64,000 nucleotides of DNA, from assembly GCF_011386835.1 (NCBI RefSeq), contig NC_088794.1, positions 76,012,001 to 76,076,000 of the forward strand, in the 5' to 3' direction. The stretch's first letter is position 1. Every line of letters begins with the position of its first letter. Positions 24,807 to 37,072 of this stretch are shown here, in pieces. The position numbers and the translations under genes were made by a program. The stretch is from Chrysemys picta bellii (lineage: Eukaryota). The notes beneath the pieces were generated by a model, which saw only the letters and a program-made list of their open reading frames with translations, ran no database searches and was not told the DNA's origin.

Positions 24807-27800
24807 TTCTCCCCCACTTAAAAAAGGAAAAGAAAAAAAAAATCTGACTCTCTTTTAGACACCATGCAGATAACTCCAAATTGGCTGAGCTTTGCAATGC
24901 CAACCTGTGAATGGCAGTTTCCCTCAGCAAGGTGTCTGCACTTTGCAAAGTTTTAAAAAACAAGACTGGAGAAATAACAGGAATGGACATGTGAAAATAT
25001 TTCACTGGTCTGCACAGTAAGTAGAATGTGCGGATGTGGCCAGTCCTTGTACATACACAGCTCAGAAAGCACATACAATTAAATAGCAATTAATCCCTCC
25101 TTAAGAGTCTATTTTGCCATGGTGCCTACAGAACCCAGACTGCTGATAACAGGAAGGGAAGTTACAGTGGTGCCTGTTCCTCTTTCCCTTTTTCCTACAA
25201 TCCATCATCCCTACCTCTTTCCCTTTATAAAAAATCCAATACATATAGCTAACTAAAGCTGTGCTAAATCCTCACCATATTCATTTTTTGTATGTTTTAG
25301 CCTCATCTTCTACCCTTGGTCTGGTTGCATCTTTAGACTGAAAGCCCTTCAGGGCAAGGGTTTTCCCTTTTCTATGTTTGCACTGTGATCTCAGTCCCAC
25401 TGTGACCACTCTCATACTATACATATTTAATAATAATAAACATAGTGGCTGAGATGGAAGTGCTGGGCTTTCAGTTGCTTATAAGGATTTTTCAGTTGCT
25501 TGTAAGGATTTTTAAATAAAGGGGATACGGTAAAAGGGTGTCTCACACATATGTACGTTAGAACGCCTCATGCCCTCCCAATCCCCATGTGTATATATAT
25601 ACACACACTGTAACTTCTCCTTCCCCGACCCACTTTAATCTTCTGGTTTCTTTGAGTATTATTTCCTTCCCTCCTTCTCCATTTTGCTCTAAACCAAAGA
25701 AATTCCGTGAAACAAACAAACACAAAATCCAACCAAAAATAACCTACGCTAATGCAACAGTCATCAGGAAACACTTAGCTGAGAATGAACTCTCACCTTA
25801 CCTTAACTTTGTTCCCTTTGTGCTTAGGTATCATTATATGGTCTTTAATTTGCAACATGTTGTGTATTATACTGAATGTCTTTGGCTTCAAGCTTCTAGG
25901 ATCCATTCCTTCAGGATGCTGTGGATTATTTTCTCAACCCTTCGGCAAGAAAAGGTTTCTCTACATGGGGAAATTGCCCAGCAGAACTGTACCGGTGTAA
26001 TTATACCACTGTAGTGGTATGACTATAATTCCCTGTGTGGACATTCTATTCTGGAATAAAAGTTACTTTTTTGGTACAGCTTAAACTGTTTCCAATGTGA
26101 CATGAGTTATAATGAAAAAAACTCTCACGTGTGCACGTGGGGGAGTTGTACTGGCATAGCTATAGTGGTATAATATTAATGCTATAGTTCTTCTGGTCAG
26201 TTTCCCCATTTAGGCACGCCTTAAGCAGCTGAGGTTTTCCTCTCTCTCATCCTAGCCACTCCCTGGTGAGGAAGAGTTGGGAGTTCTGAAAACCACTAAA
26301 GAGCAGACTAGGGAAAGTACAACTATGATTCCTTTTTAGTTTCAAAAAGTACAGTGACTATGGATGTCTGTAGCAATCACAGAGCCCCTTTGGGCCTGAT
26401 TTACAGATGTTAGTGCCTGAGTCACAGTGCCAGTTCTGCATGGGCATATTAGCATGTAAGTGACTAGACAGAAAGGAGTAATGGCAGCTGCCAGCTAGTC
26501 TGCAGGAATTTCTATGCTGCTAAATCTGTTGTAATTGACCTGGTGTTAGCAACCATAATTTAGACAGGGCCTAAGCTAAGGCGAGAGGGTTGTGCTTCTG
26601 ATGTACCTAGTGGATGTTTTATCCCAGTGTGGGGCTGGTAATTTCAGATAGCTGGTTATATTTTATTGTGCTTCCTCCTGGTAAAGAACACCTAATCGTT
26701 TCTGTGAGGCGAGGCTAATTTGTCAAGGTGGGATGCCAGCTGTGCTGCTTGTGCGATGAGATAACAAAATGGGAAACTTGCTTAGAGTGGGAAATAAAGG
26801 TCTGCTAGTCATCCTGCTTGTGGTATGAAGCCCAGATAGGCTCACGGCTGTCTCCCATTCCTCGCTGAACATAAATCCGTCAGAGGCACTATGATCATTT
26901 CCAGTATGACACACTATTTGTTATTGTCTCTGACTAAACCAAAGTTTTCATGCTGCTCAGCTCAGGAAGCGACCAGGCCTGTGCACTGCATCCTCACCAC
27001 CTTGCCAGCCTCAACGGGCCCTGAAAATAGCATTAAACAAAGACCAATGGTTTCTATTAGACTTTTTTAATGAAGAAGCCTTGGGTTCCGGATGTGGCGA
27101 TTTACCCCCAATGACAAAATAACTATTTTCAATATGCTTACATTTCAGGAACATAGAGATTCATTTCACACACACAAGCATAGCAGCCGTTGCATAGTCA
27201 GAAAGGCCTGTGCAGACCTGTGAAGGGAATGCAAATGAATCACAGTGAGGCATGGAGTGAGGGAAGGTGTCTTAAGAGCTGTTCCTAAATGATGGGGCTG
27301 TTATAAAGAACTCTGTATAACACCCAGTGTGATTTGACATTCATTCACTAATCAGAGTCATCCAGCTCCCAGTGAGTCACATGTTCCCCTCCTCTGGAAA
27401 CATGTCTCATACTGTATCCAAAACCACTTGACTTGTTCATATAGTTTTAAAAGGAACGGACAAACCATAGTGAGCAAAAGTTGTTGCCGTCTGAGAGCTG
27501 ATCCATGAAATGAGTTAACAGACCTCAGTACAGTTGCTAGTTGATGGGAGTCTACATCACAAAAATCACCCCACTACAGTATGCACTTGGCAGTCTCTGT
27601 GGAGCAGCATCGCCTTGGCTGGATCCTAAACAATCCTCTTGCTCTTAGAGGTGATCCCTCTATGTCAGGTTGAGGCACAGTGGCAGGCACAGAGTGGGGA
27701 AGGCTGCACAGCTGTTAACTGTGCCTTTTCTTGAGCCTCCTTGAACCAGCCCTGGATTAATTAAAAAGATAAATTAAGAAAAAATAATTTAAAAAGAACA

Positions 27801-27884
27801 AAATAAAGTGCAAAAGGCCAAGAACTCCATAGTACCATTTCCAAATATGCAAGATACAAGAAAAGAAGATGGGACGCACTTTTT

Positions 27885-28395
27885 CAGTGGTTCTTAAACT
27901 TATTTGATTGCACCCCCCTTCTTTGTGTCTGTAGTTTATGTCCTTCCCCCCCCCCCCCCGGGCATACAAGTCCATATACCAGTTAAAGAAAAATCAACCT
28001 GCAAACTCTCACTAAATATTAAAAACGGTAAGGCATTGATTCAAACAGAGCCAACGATCCATTGTAATAAGAGCAAAAGCAAAACTGCGATTGTGGTCAA
28101 TGCTTCCAAATTAAATGTGCACACTGCGTCGTAGCAAACGGATTAACGTTTAGAGGGCAACGACTTTGTATAATGCTATGCAAGATTAACAGAAATCTGT
28201 CAAAATGCACAGCGCCATGTAGAGTCAAATGCACAGCGCTCTCTGAGGACCTGATATGTCCGGATGAATCAGCTTTGCTAGTTATTCATTGCTATGGGTA
28301 AAATGTGCACAGTAGGGTTTTTTTCCTCTCCCCTAAAGCTTCTCAGGCCTCCCCAGAATACATTTCATGCCCGCCCCCCAGTTTGAGAACCTCTG
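27885..28395. mobile_element. hAT-Charlie-like MITE
   Basis: TIRs CAGTGGTTCTTAAACT / AGTTTGAGAACCTCTG; TSD not recognisable. Confidence 0.65.
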
Positions 28396-29021
28396 CTTTA
28401 CATCATCGTGTTAGGGCCTGGCCTGGCTAAAAGTGCTTTATGAGCCACTGTAAACAATTATCAGCCACTGATGGAGAGGCACTGGGAAGAGTGTGGATGC
28501 TACATGCCAACTTTGAGACAATGGGGGTAAGAGAGAGTGTGTGTATGTGATGGGCCACTCATCGAGTGAGAACAGAAGGCCTGTTAGGTGCAGTCACACT
28601 TAGAACAAGGTTCAAGTCTCGGTGTTCTTGTTCTACAGTCTGGTGTGGAGTGGCGCTATGGCAACCCAGCCTTGAAAGAAGCATGTCTACATGGAGCAGC
28701 TCCTGTCCAGGGTTGGATTTAGGGACAGGTGACTGCCCTGGGTGCTGGGCTTGGGGTGCTCTTTTTATTGTTAGCGACAAAGGGGAACATAGAATATTTG
28801 AAGTAAAATGTTTCAGGTATTCTGTATGTGGATCCATTTTTCACTAATCTCCTAGAATGTTCTGGGCCTTCGTAGAATCTCGTGGAAACTTCCAGACTTT
28901 CTGAGAACTACATTTTCCTCCAATCTCCTAGAATGTTGTCAGCCATGCCCTTGTGGGTATTTAAGTGGCGGTGCGTCACCCATCAGTCAGTGAGATATAA
29001 GGACGAACTGAAATGAAGTGA

Positions 29022-29191
29022 AAAGAACAGGAGTACTTGTGGCACCTTAGAGACTAACAAATTTATTAGAGCATAAGCTTTCGTGGACTACACGAAAGCT
29101 TATGCTCTATTAAATTTGTTAGTCTCTAAGGTGCCACAAGTACTCCTGTTCTTTTTACGGATACAGACTAACACGGCTGCTACTCTGAAAC
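29022..29191 (+). mobile_element. Fold-back mini-Penelope (palindromic pLTR insertion)
   Basis: 64-bp inverted arms 29022-29085 and 29091-29154 (1 mismatch) plus a pLTR tail to TCTGAAAC; 14-bp TSD CTGAAATGAAGTGA at 29008-29021 and 29192-29205. Confidence 0.92.
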
Positions 29192-30439
29192 CTGAAATGA
29201 AGTGAGAGCCCAACTGTGACATGAAGAGAAGAAATAGGGGGATCCTTGCACTGCATCCAAGAGCTCTCTTCATGCCTTGTGGCTGCCATTCCTTCAACTG
29301 GTTGTGTCAGATGCATCATCATCTTCTTTAGATTCAGTATCCTCTTCGGAGTACTGCAAAGGATATGCTTCCTGTTTTCAGCATCAGATGCAAGATCCTA
29401 TAGACAGTGGTACAAATTTGACTGTGAAGCTGGTAAGTGACACTCATTATTTTATTACTTGAAAATGCCATTGGCCAGTCTTTGGATCTCTCTGTTGCTG
29501 TGCTTCAGTTCGCAAGGGCAAAGGCAACAAAAACGACCTTTTTAACTAAAGGACTAGGGTTAACATTCTAAGGCTGTCATCTACTGTAACACTATTTAAT
29601 ACGGGTCCATCCAATGCTGGTGCACAGTTCAATTTCTTGATGTTAGTACATTTCAGTTATTCTTAAAATTAAAAAGTTTCTATAAGCTTAGAGGAAACAA
29701 TTTTTTTTTATTTGTTTATATATGCCATGAATAATCACAGATTTACAGATCCTAGCATGCAAATTTATCATCTTATATGACAGGAATAAAATATGCATGC
29801 TGAGTGGAAAGAATGAACAATTTGTGGCTGTGAATGTTTGTCCATGTTCTTAGGAGCTTAACAGTATCATTTCCAGCAAAAGTCTGCATGAGGACAGTGT
29901 GTTGCATTGGATTTCTGGTGTGACTGTAGAATATTGTACGCAAACACTTCTTTGGTCCTTTTTTCTCTTTAGATTTTCCCTCTCGGAGGGCTAGTCTATT
30001 TGCCTTCTCTCTTACAGGTTTGCTTCAGACATGCTAAACAGTGTCCTAAAGAGGAGAAAGACTTAGAACCACAGGAGTTAGAGATGGAAAATCCCTCAAT
30101 GTAAGATCAGTTAGCCCACACACACCATCAGCCAATGCAGAATTGTGCGTAGACACAGATAGTCTAGTGCTATGCTCAGTCTCATTTTAATTGTCCCAAG
30201 CAATAGGGCTTCCAGAGTGACTATTCTACAGTGTAACAGATTTATTTCATAGCCAAAAGACTTTTAATGGTACTCATCCTAAATTTTATTTTGCTTAATT
30301 TCAGTCCCTTATACCATTACTCCTAATTATACCTCTTTGTGCCTCCCTAAATAGTTCTCCTTTCTCCTTGGTGTTTTACACCTCAGATAGTTGTAGACTC
30401 TTATTTTGTCCCCCTAGCACGTCTAGCCATATTTAGATC

Positions 30440-30850
30440 TTAGGTCTTTACTCACGGGGCAGAGTTTCCAAAACCTTGGTAATTTTTGTTGCTGTTCTAT
30501 GAGCAACCCTATACTTTCTGATAATGGGGTGCCTAGAATTGAATGCAGTATTTCAGATCTGTTTGCATCAGGGCTATACAGAAAGGTACCATTATCTCTG
30601 TCTCTGTGACTTATGCAGCTCAAAATTGCATAGGTCTTTTTGCTGTCATCTCACATTAGAAGCATGTCTAATGCCCTGTCCACTCTCCAGCTACTTTAGG
30701 TCTTGTTCAGCATTACCACTTCTCAGAATCTTCCCGCCCCCTGAATATCTGTGATTCAGAGGATCTCTCACCAGATGTAATACAGCCACACTTTTCCATG
30801 TGGAATCACATTTTGTTTCTTGAGTTTTGACTTGCCAAGCTAACAGGATA
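30440..30850 (-). mobile_element. Old CR1-type LINE fragment
   Basis: Reverse-strand similarity to CR1 ORF2 3' region motifs (e.g. GAATGCAGTATTTCAGAT, CTCACATTAGAAG); recognised by eye only. Confidence 0.45.
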
Positions 30851-31627
30851 ACACAAACACAGTCAACACTTTCAGATGGCGCTCAGGACTTGAACACCAC
30901 TGCTCCCTTTTGCCAGAAGGCACCTTTAAGCAGCAGTAAATTACATATATCTAAGAGGTGAGTAACTGAGGCATAAAGTGGTGATATGATTTGCACAAGG
31001 TCACACAGCAAATCAGTGTCTGAGCCAGGAACAATATTCAGAATTCCTGACTCCTTATTCATTGCTCTAGCTATTAGCTGTGTAGGCAGAGCTACAGTGT
31101 GGTCTAACTTCTGGGAAGCGTGTGATACAGAAGACAGGTAGGATCAAATATCCATGATAAAGTTATGCAATGTGCTGCATCCACATGGATTCACTCTTTC
31201 ACCTGACTGAAAATATAAAATATATTATAAGCCAAACCAATAAAAGGTCATGTTTTTTAGTGACATCTCTTGTGGGTTTGCCCTCTTTAGAACAGCCTGT
31301 GTGAGAGCAGGACATCTGAGTGGGTGAGGGCTGCAGTGCTATAGCAATCTTGCTGTGGGGAGGACGTGTGGTAAAAAAAAAACCCAAGGTAGTGCTGCAG
31401 CAATTTCATGCATAGCTGTTCAATATGGAAATGGAAGTGATAACATCTTTGGTGATGCTGATTTGCGTGTTCTTCAATTCTTTTAATGATGCTTTAATCA
31501 GATCCTACAGGGAGTAAACTCCTCTGTCCCACACTCTGTTTGCAATGTGCTGTTTGATCAGGTGCTAAGTATTGTCGTTTTCAGATGATTGCTTTTCTGA
31601 GTGGTGTAAGGAGTTTCCATCAGGAAC

Positions 31628-31653
31628 AAGGTGCCACAAGTCCTCCTGTTCTT
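31628..31653 (+). repeat. 26-bp isolated pLTR fragment
   Basis: AAGGTGCCACAAGTCCTCCTGTTCTT is identical to 37266-37291. Confidence 0.7.
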
Positions 31654-31678
31654 AATCTTGCTGTAGTTTTTCATGACT

Positions 31679-31857
31679 AAAAGAACAGGAGTACTTGTGG
31701 CACCTTAGAGACTAAGAAATTTATTAGAGCATAAGCTTTCGTGCTTCAGCTGTAGCCCACAAAAGCTTATGCTCTAATAAATTTGTTAATCTCTAAGGTG
31801 CCACAAGTACTCCTGTTCTTTTTGCATATACAGACTAACACGGCTGCTACTCTGAAA
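31679..31857 (+). mobile_element. Fold-back mini-Penelope (palindromic pLTR insertion)
   Basis: Inverted arms centred on CAG/CTG at 31749-31750, with several arm mismatches; 12-bp TSD TTTTTCATGACT at 31667-31678 and 31858-31869. Confidence 0.9.
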
Positions 31858-32397
31858 TTTTTCATGACTGAAGCTCAAAGGCAAAATGAAGCTGCTAAAA
31901 TCATCTTCCTTGCCCGTTAAACTGACCACAGCACCTCACTCTTTAAATCTTTCCACTGGCTCTCCCTGACACACTATTAAGTTTACATTTCCTGTCCTCC
32001 CCTTCAAGGTCTTTCACATCTCTAACCCTCCCTTCTTGTCTCATATCACATTGCAATCTCATTGCCTCCACTCCACTAACAAAGGCAGGCCCCCGGGACT
32101 GAATTAAGGCATTTGGGGGTCCCAGGCAACCATGACAAAGGGATCCCTTGTGGCCCCACCCCCAACTTGGAACGGAAGTCACAGGGTGCCCTCCCATCTT
32201 TCCTGGAGAGGCATGGACAGCAATAATGGGGTGCTTTTCCTCCCCAGGAGAGCCAGCAGGGACTCTCTTTGACCCCCTCTCCTCCAAAGAGGCAGAACTG
32301 GCAGCAGAGGGTCTCCTCAGTCCTTAACACAGTGTATCTGCTTGGTGGCTGGAGTGGGATGATCTACAACCCATCCTGGACAATGATCCCTCATTTT

Positions 32398-32864
32398 CAC
32401 AGATCTTGGGAGGCAGGCCAGTCCTCGCCCACAGACAACCCGCCAACCTTAAGCATATTCTCACCAGCAACCACACACCGCACCATAACAACTCTAACTC
32501 AGGAACCAACCCATGCAACAAACCTCGATGCCAACTCTGCCCACATATCTACACCAGCAACACCATCACAGGACCTAACCAGATCAACTACAACATCACC
32601 GGCTCATTCACCTGCACGTCCACCAATGTTATATATGCCATCATATGCCAGCAATGCCCCTCTGCTATGTACATTGGCCAAACTGGACAGTCACTACGCA
32701 AGAGGATAAATGTACACAAGTCAGATATCCGGAATGGCAATATACAAAAACCTGTAGGAGAACACTTCAACCTCCCTGGCTACACAATAGTAGATGTTAA
32801 GGTAGCCATCTTACAGCAAAAAAACTTCAGGACCAGACTCCAAAGAACACTTCTTCGGATGCAT
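32398..32864 (+). pseudogene. PLE fragment (linker plus GIY-YIG) of a second subfamily, joined to an inverted pLTR stub
   Basis: RQPANLKHILTSNH...CNKPRCQLCPHIY...NVIYAIICQQCPSAMYIGQTG...QKNFRTRLQR, then CACTTCTTCGGATGCAT (antisense 5' half of the hammerhead) at 32848-32864. Confidence 0.9.
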
Positions 32865-33099
32865 TGTAGGATCAAAGCTCAAGTCAGCTGCATAGATGTG
32901 ACCAGAAGGCACTGAAAGGCAGTAGTCCTAACCTCCAGCCCTGTTGGTCACAAGTGTGCAGGTCAGGTACAGGTTACTTAACAGAAGCAGAACTCTCCTA
33001 GTGTGTTAGCAAGAAAGCAAGGTGTGTGTGTTTGGTTTTTTTTACAAACTTTGGGCTTGATCCTGCAAACACATCAGCACCGGAGTAACTTGAATCACC

Positions 33100-34460
33100 T
33101 GGGTAGCTCCACAGACGTCAGTGCGACTGTTTCTGTGCGGAAAAGCGACTCAGGCATATGTGTTTGCAGGGGTCTGTGGCTTTTCGGAGGCGCTGCAGGA
33201 CTCTGGCTGCACGTGAATAGCATTTCAGCAGCGTCCTGCCCAACGCCGACTGACAATTACTACCGCTAAACAGAACAAACTGCAAGGAAACCTGCCGCCA
33301 CCGGAAAACCGTAGAGAAAGCTGGAAAACAAACCAACTCAAACCACCTATCGCGCACTGGCTTTCCATTTCTAAGGCAGTCCAGCTGCGTAATGTCCTAG
33401 ATGCGCCTCAGTTACTTCGTCTCTCACTCCGTAATTAGTGTCCGAGGCAAATTCCTACCAGCCTTTCCCCTGGGCGTGCAACGCATTTGGGCTCAGACCC
33501 TGCCACGCTCTCAATGCTGACTCGGTGGAAAGCTGGGAGAGAAGCTCTCTCTTGAAGTGAGATTCGTTGTTCTGTTGAAAGCATCCAAGATCTGATCATA
33601 TTAAGGAACCGCCTCCTGCCCCCCTCTTAAAGTCACAAAGCCATAATATTTTGCCTTTCAGTTTCCCCCTCGTGGCGTGCTGTGCTTATCTAAACTCCCA
33701 CCCACCGGAGGCTGGATGCAATTTCAACACATTGCTGCCAATTAAATGCAGCATTTCAAAAATGTTTGTATTTAGCAACAGAAAGCCAGTGACCAGCTCC
33801 TTGGCAGTCCAGGCAGGCACTGTTAAGGGTGAGCTTTAACTGTGCAGCCTCACACATCCCGTGCACGGTGCCCCTCATTCAAATCGTTGGTCCCCTCCCT
33901 CCCCTTAAAGTTTCCTCCGATCGGCTTTGTTACACTTGAATGTCTAGCATGAGCTGTGCCGGAGGCAGAGGTGCTCCAGGAGGAGGAGGCATGTGAAACT
34001 GTTGCATCCTTTTCTCTCTCTTCTTTTTCTTTAAAGGCTAAAGAACTTAAACTTCCTGAAATTGTTGAATAGAAGCGGAGCGGACTTTTCTTCTTCCCCC
34101 AAGAGCTGGAAAGTGACTAACAGTTCAAGGAAGGCTCCAAAGCCGAGAGAGATCAGCAGCACACTTCCTTTAGGGGACTCCCTCGACTTTCCCTCTCCCC
34201 CATTTGTCTCTCCGGGGAGGAGCCAGCGAAAGGCACATTGTAAAAATAAAAACTGGACCGGAGCCAGCAAGTGTAAAATTCTAAGTGGTATTGGTCAGAT
34301 CGTGGCGGATAAAGTAGAAACTCCTTCACTTCGTGATGTGAAAAGTCTCAGGAGAGAGCTGAAACATTTCTAGCAGCGGTGGGTTGTTTCATCTCATTTC
34401 CTTCTCCAAAATCCGCGATGCAGCCCTAACTTAACATAAAAAGGGGGTGAGTGTAAAATA
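33100..34460 (+). promoter_or_regulatory. Candidate CpG-rich alternative promoter / 5' non-coding exon region of PRR5L
   Basis: Unique, apparently TE-free sequence with visibly raised CpG density; CRE-like GACGTCA 33114-33120; E-box CACGTG 33210-33215; candidate donors AGG/GTGAGC (33828) and GGG/GTGAGT (34446). Inferred only, no transcript data. Confidence 0.4.
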
Positions 34461-35340
34461 CACTTTCTTTTTTGTCTTTACACTGGCAATCTAAGGTGGT
34501 GGGGAATGCATTGTAGTTTAGCGTAATGCAAAGAGGGGAGGGGAGACCTCTGAGGAGCTGCAGCAGCAAATGGCAATCATGTAGATTTCGGATCAGAGTG
34601 TCAGCATTTGTCTTGTTTGAACAGGAGATAATCGCAAGGTTGTTGCCATTAAAACGGCCTCTGGTGTGTTAACAAGATGTTTATCTTGAGAGAGAGTTTG
34701 CAACAATAACAAAAAAGTTTGGGCTGTGTCTGATCTTCTATAAGAACCGTGTGCTTTATAATTTAGGCTGACACTTTCAGCTCGTTGGGTTGTTTTTGTC
34801 CAGTTGTTGAGGCATGGGATGCACTGACAGCCAGAGCCTGCTTGATTCAAAACAAAACAAAAAAACTCAGCAAGTTCTCCATTAACATAAATAAATAAAA
34901 ATAGAATCTCCGGGCTTTTGATATCTTTGAAGAGCGTTGCCAGTGTAGACTAGCTCTGAGTCATCCCGAAAACAAAATGCCTCATTCTATCCCTTCCCCT
35001 CAGGAGACACAATAATTCTGAAACTGGGGGTGGGAAAAAGAGAATATTCTCTGCCTTTTTCGGTTTGCTAAATGAATTTAATTAGAACGTAGCCTGTTGC
35101 AAAGAGACTGAAGCCATGTAACTGCCAGTGAGCCTGTCCCAAAAGGCAGAGCAGAGAAGAGAGATCCATCCCTCTTTAACACCCCCTCCCCATCTTGTCT
35201 CAGTAGTTGTGTAAAGTTCATTTGTCTGGCTGTTTTGTGAATGAAAATGGAAAGTTTCTTGTTCCCTAATAACTGCTCAGGGTCTCTGTGCACTGGGAGA
35301 TTTTTGTACCTGACTGTTTTTAATAGACAAAATGTTAATA

Positions 35341-35474
35341 AAAACCGAGGAGTCCGGTAGCACCTTAAAGACTAACAGATTTATTTGGGCATAAGCTTTT
35401 GTGGGTAAAAAAACCCACTTCTTCAGATGCATAGAGTGAAAATTACAGGTGCAGGCATAAATATACTGGCACAC
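35341..35474 (-). mobile_element. Solo pLTR fragment of another PLE subfamily
   Basis: GAGGAGTCCGGTAGCACCTTAAAGACTAACAGATTTATTTGGGCATAAGCTTTTGTGGG...CCCACTTCTTCAGATGC is homologous to 11175-11256; possible flanking repeat TGTTAATA. Confidence 0.85.
35389..35430 (-). ncRNA. Hammerhead motif with canonical CUGAAGA core but G12A decay
   Basis: Minus strand GCAU-CUGAAGA-A-GUGGG(UUUUUUUA)CCCAC-AAAA-GC-UU/AUGC. Confidence 0.6.
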
Positions 35475-37072
35475 GACTGTTAATATTTTCACCGGAGTTC
35501 CTATTAGTAGAAGGAATCCCAATACCCTTCTTTCCCCTGTTCTCCGAAATGTCCCAGCACTTGCAACTCTTGTCACTTGCCTGGGCTGGGCAGAAATGCG
35601 AATGTGCATATGCAGGTTTTGGGGGTGATTCAGTTTATAACTGTCTATACTCTTTTTGCTGGCCTTCTAGACATATGAGCTCTGTCCCTCGATTTTGTGT
35701 ATTTTTGTTTGTCAGCAACAAGTTCTGAACATATTTGTAGACAACACTGTAATTCTGTGGTATGAAAGGTTTCAGTTATGCTGAAGTCACCAGTGTCTGT
35801 GGTTCAACACATAATATCTGTTTACAGTGTGTGTATGTATGTTTAGAGTATATAGACAGTTATGACTTCAGCTAGGTTGCATAAATTCAGCACAGAAATT
35901 GATCTACAATCTTTCTTTTCCTAGCATAAAAGTCATAGAGAAACTGTATCACAGGCCACAGTGGCATAACCTACTTCTTGGTTAGTTTCATGTCTTCATA
36001 GTTCTAATATTTATTCAAGATTTTTCCCTAAAAATCCCCAGACATTCTAATAGCTTTACAAACTATGTCAATTCTGCTCTCTTTACCCATGTGAGTAACT
36101 TCATTAGCCTTGTCTATGTACAAAAATGACCTGTGACTGATAATGTGTGTGAGCAATCGGTGCAGCTAAATATGTGCAGTGCTGAATGTAATCTGTCCTG
36201 GTCTGCAGTTGCAGTTAAACCATTTCAGCACCAATTCAGCTGTGTCTGTCATCAGTAGTGTGAAACTTCTCATAATACAGACAGTGTTACTGATTTCTGT
36301 GTGAGCAGAATTTGTTCCACAACATGTCAGTGCAGCCATCTCTGGGGTGGACCGCACCAATCATTTAAAGGAGTGCACAAGAATAGTATAAAAACAATAA
36401 TAAATAATATAATAAAAAAAAAGGCCATTCAAATAGTTTGGGACTGACAGGAAGAAATACTTTTATCCAAGTGTTTTGGCAGGGGGAATTTAGTTAAGCA
36501 GAATGCATTTACCTTTGCTGTAATTTCCCCAGGACAAGGTGGTTAAATCTTCCTTAAATCTTAGACGTCACCTGAAAAGTGACATGGGCTCAATTTTGCA
36601 AACCTAATTAATTTATTTCTCTCTTCCCCAAACCATTTAGTTTTTCTAGTGGCTTGATTTTATGTATTAAAGCCCACTTTGGGGGGTAGTGTTGGCTGCA
36701 GGTTTTAGGGGCTGGATCTCTTTCTTTTCTTCTACCCCAGACTTTACTTTCGTCCTATCTCTTTCGGAAGAGCCTTGTGCTGTCTTTACATATTGCATCT
36801 GCCATTTAAAATCAGAAGGAATAGCTTGGCCTTATTAAAATTAGTGTGCTGGGGCTAGGGAAATCTTACCCATTTCCTGTCCTGACTACTGTAAATGAGG
36901 ATTCCAGGTGAAGTTTTTATAGACACATTTGTATGAGACTATTAAAATGCTTGTGTGGTGAAACATGTTTTACAGATGTTAATATAGTTTTACTGATCTT
37001 TTTTATTGGAAGGGAACTACGTAAAATGTCATATGTATATATTTTTCCTGTTTTATTACCCTCACCACAATG

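Noticed and set aside
28700-29400. Possible LTR hosting the 29-kb mini-Penelope (TATTTAA box, 16-bp direct repeat AATCTCCTAGAATGTT)
   Set aside because: I could not define TG...CA ends or a TSD, so it is left unannotated.
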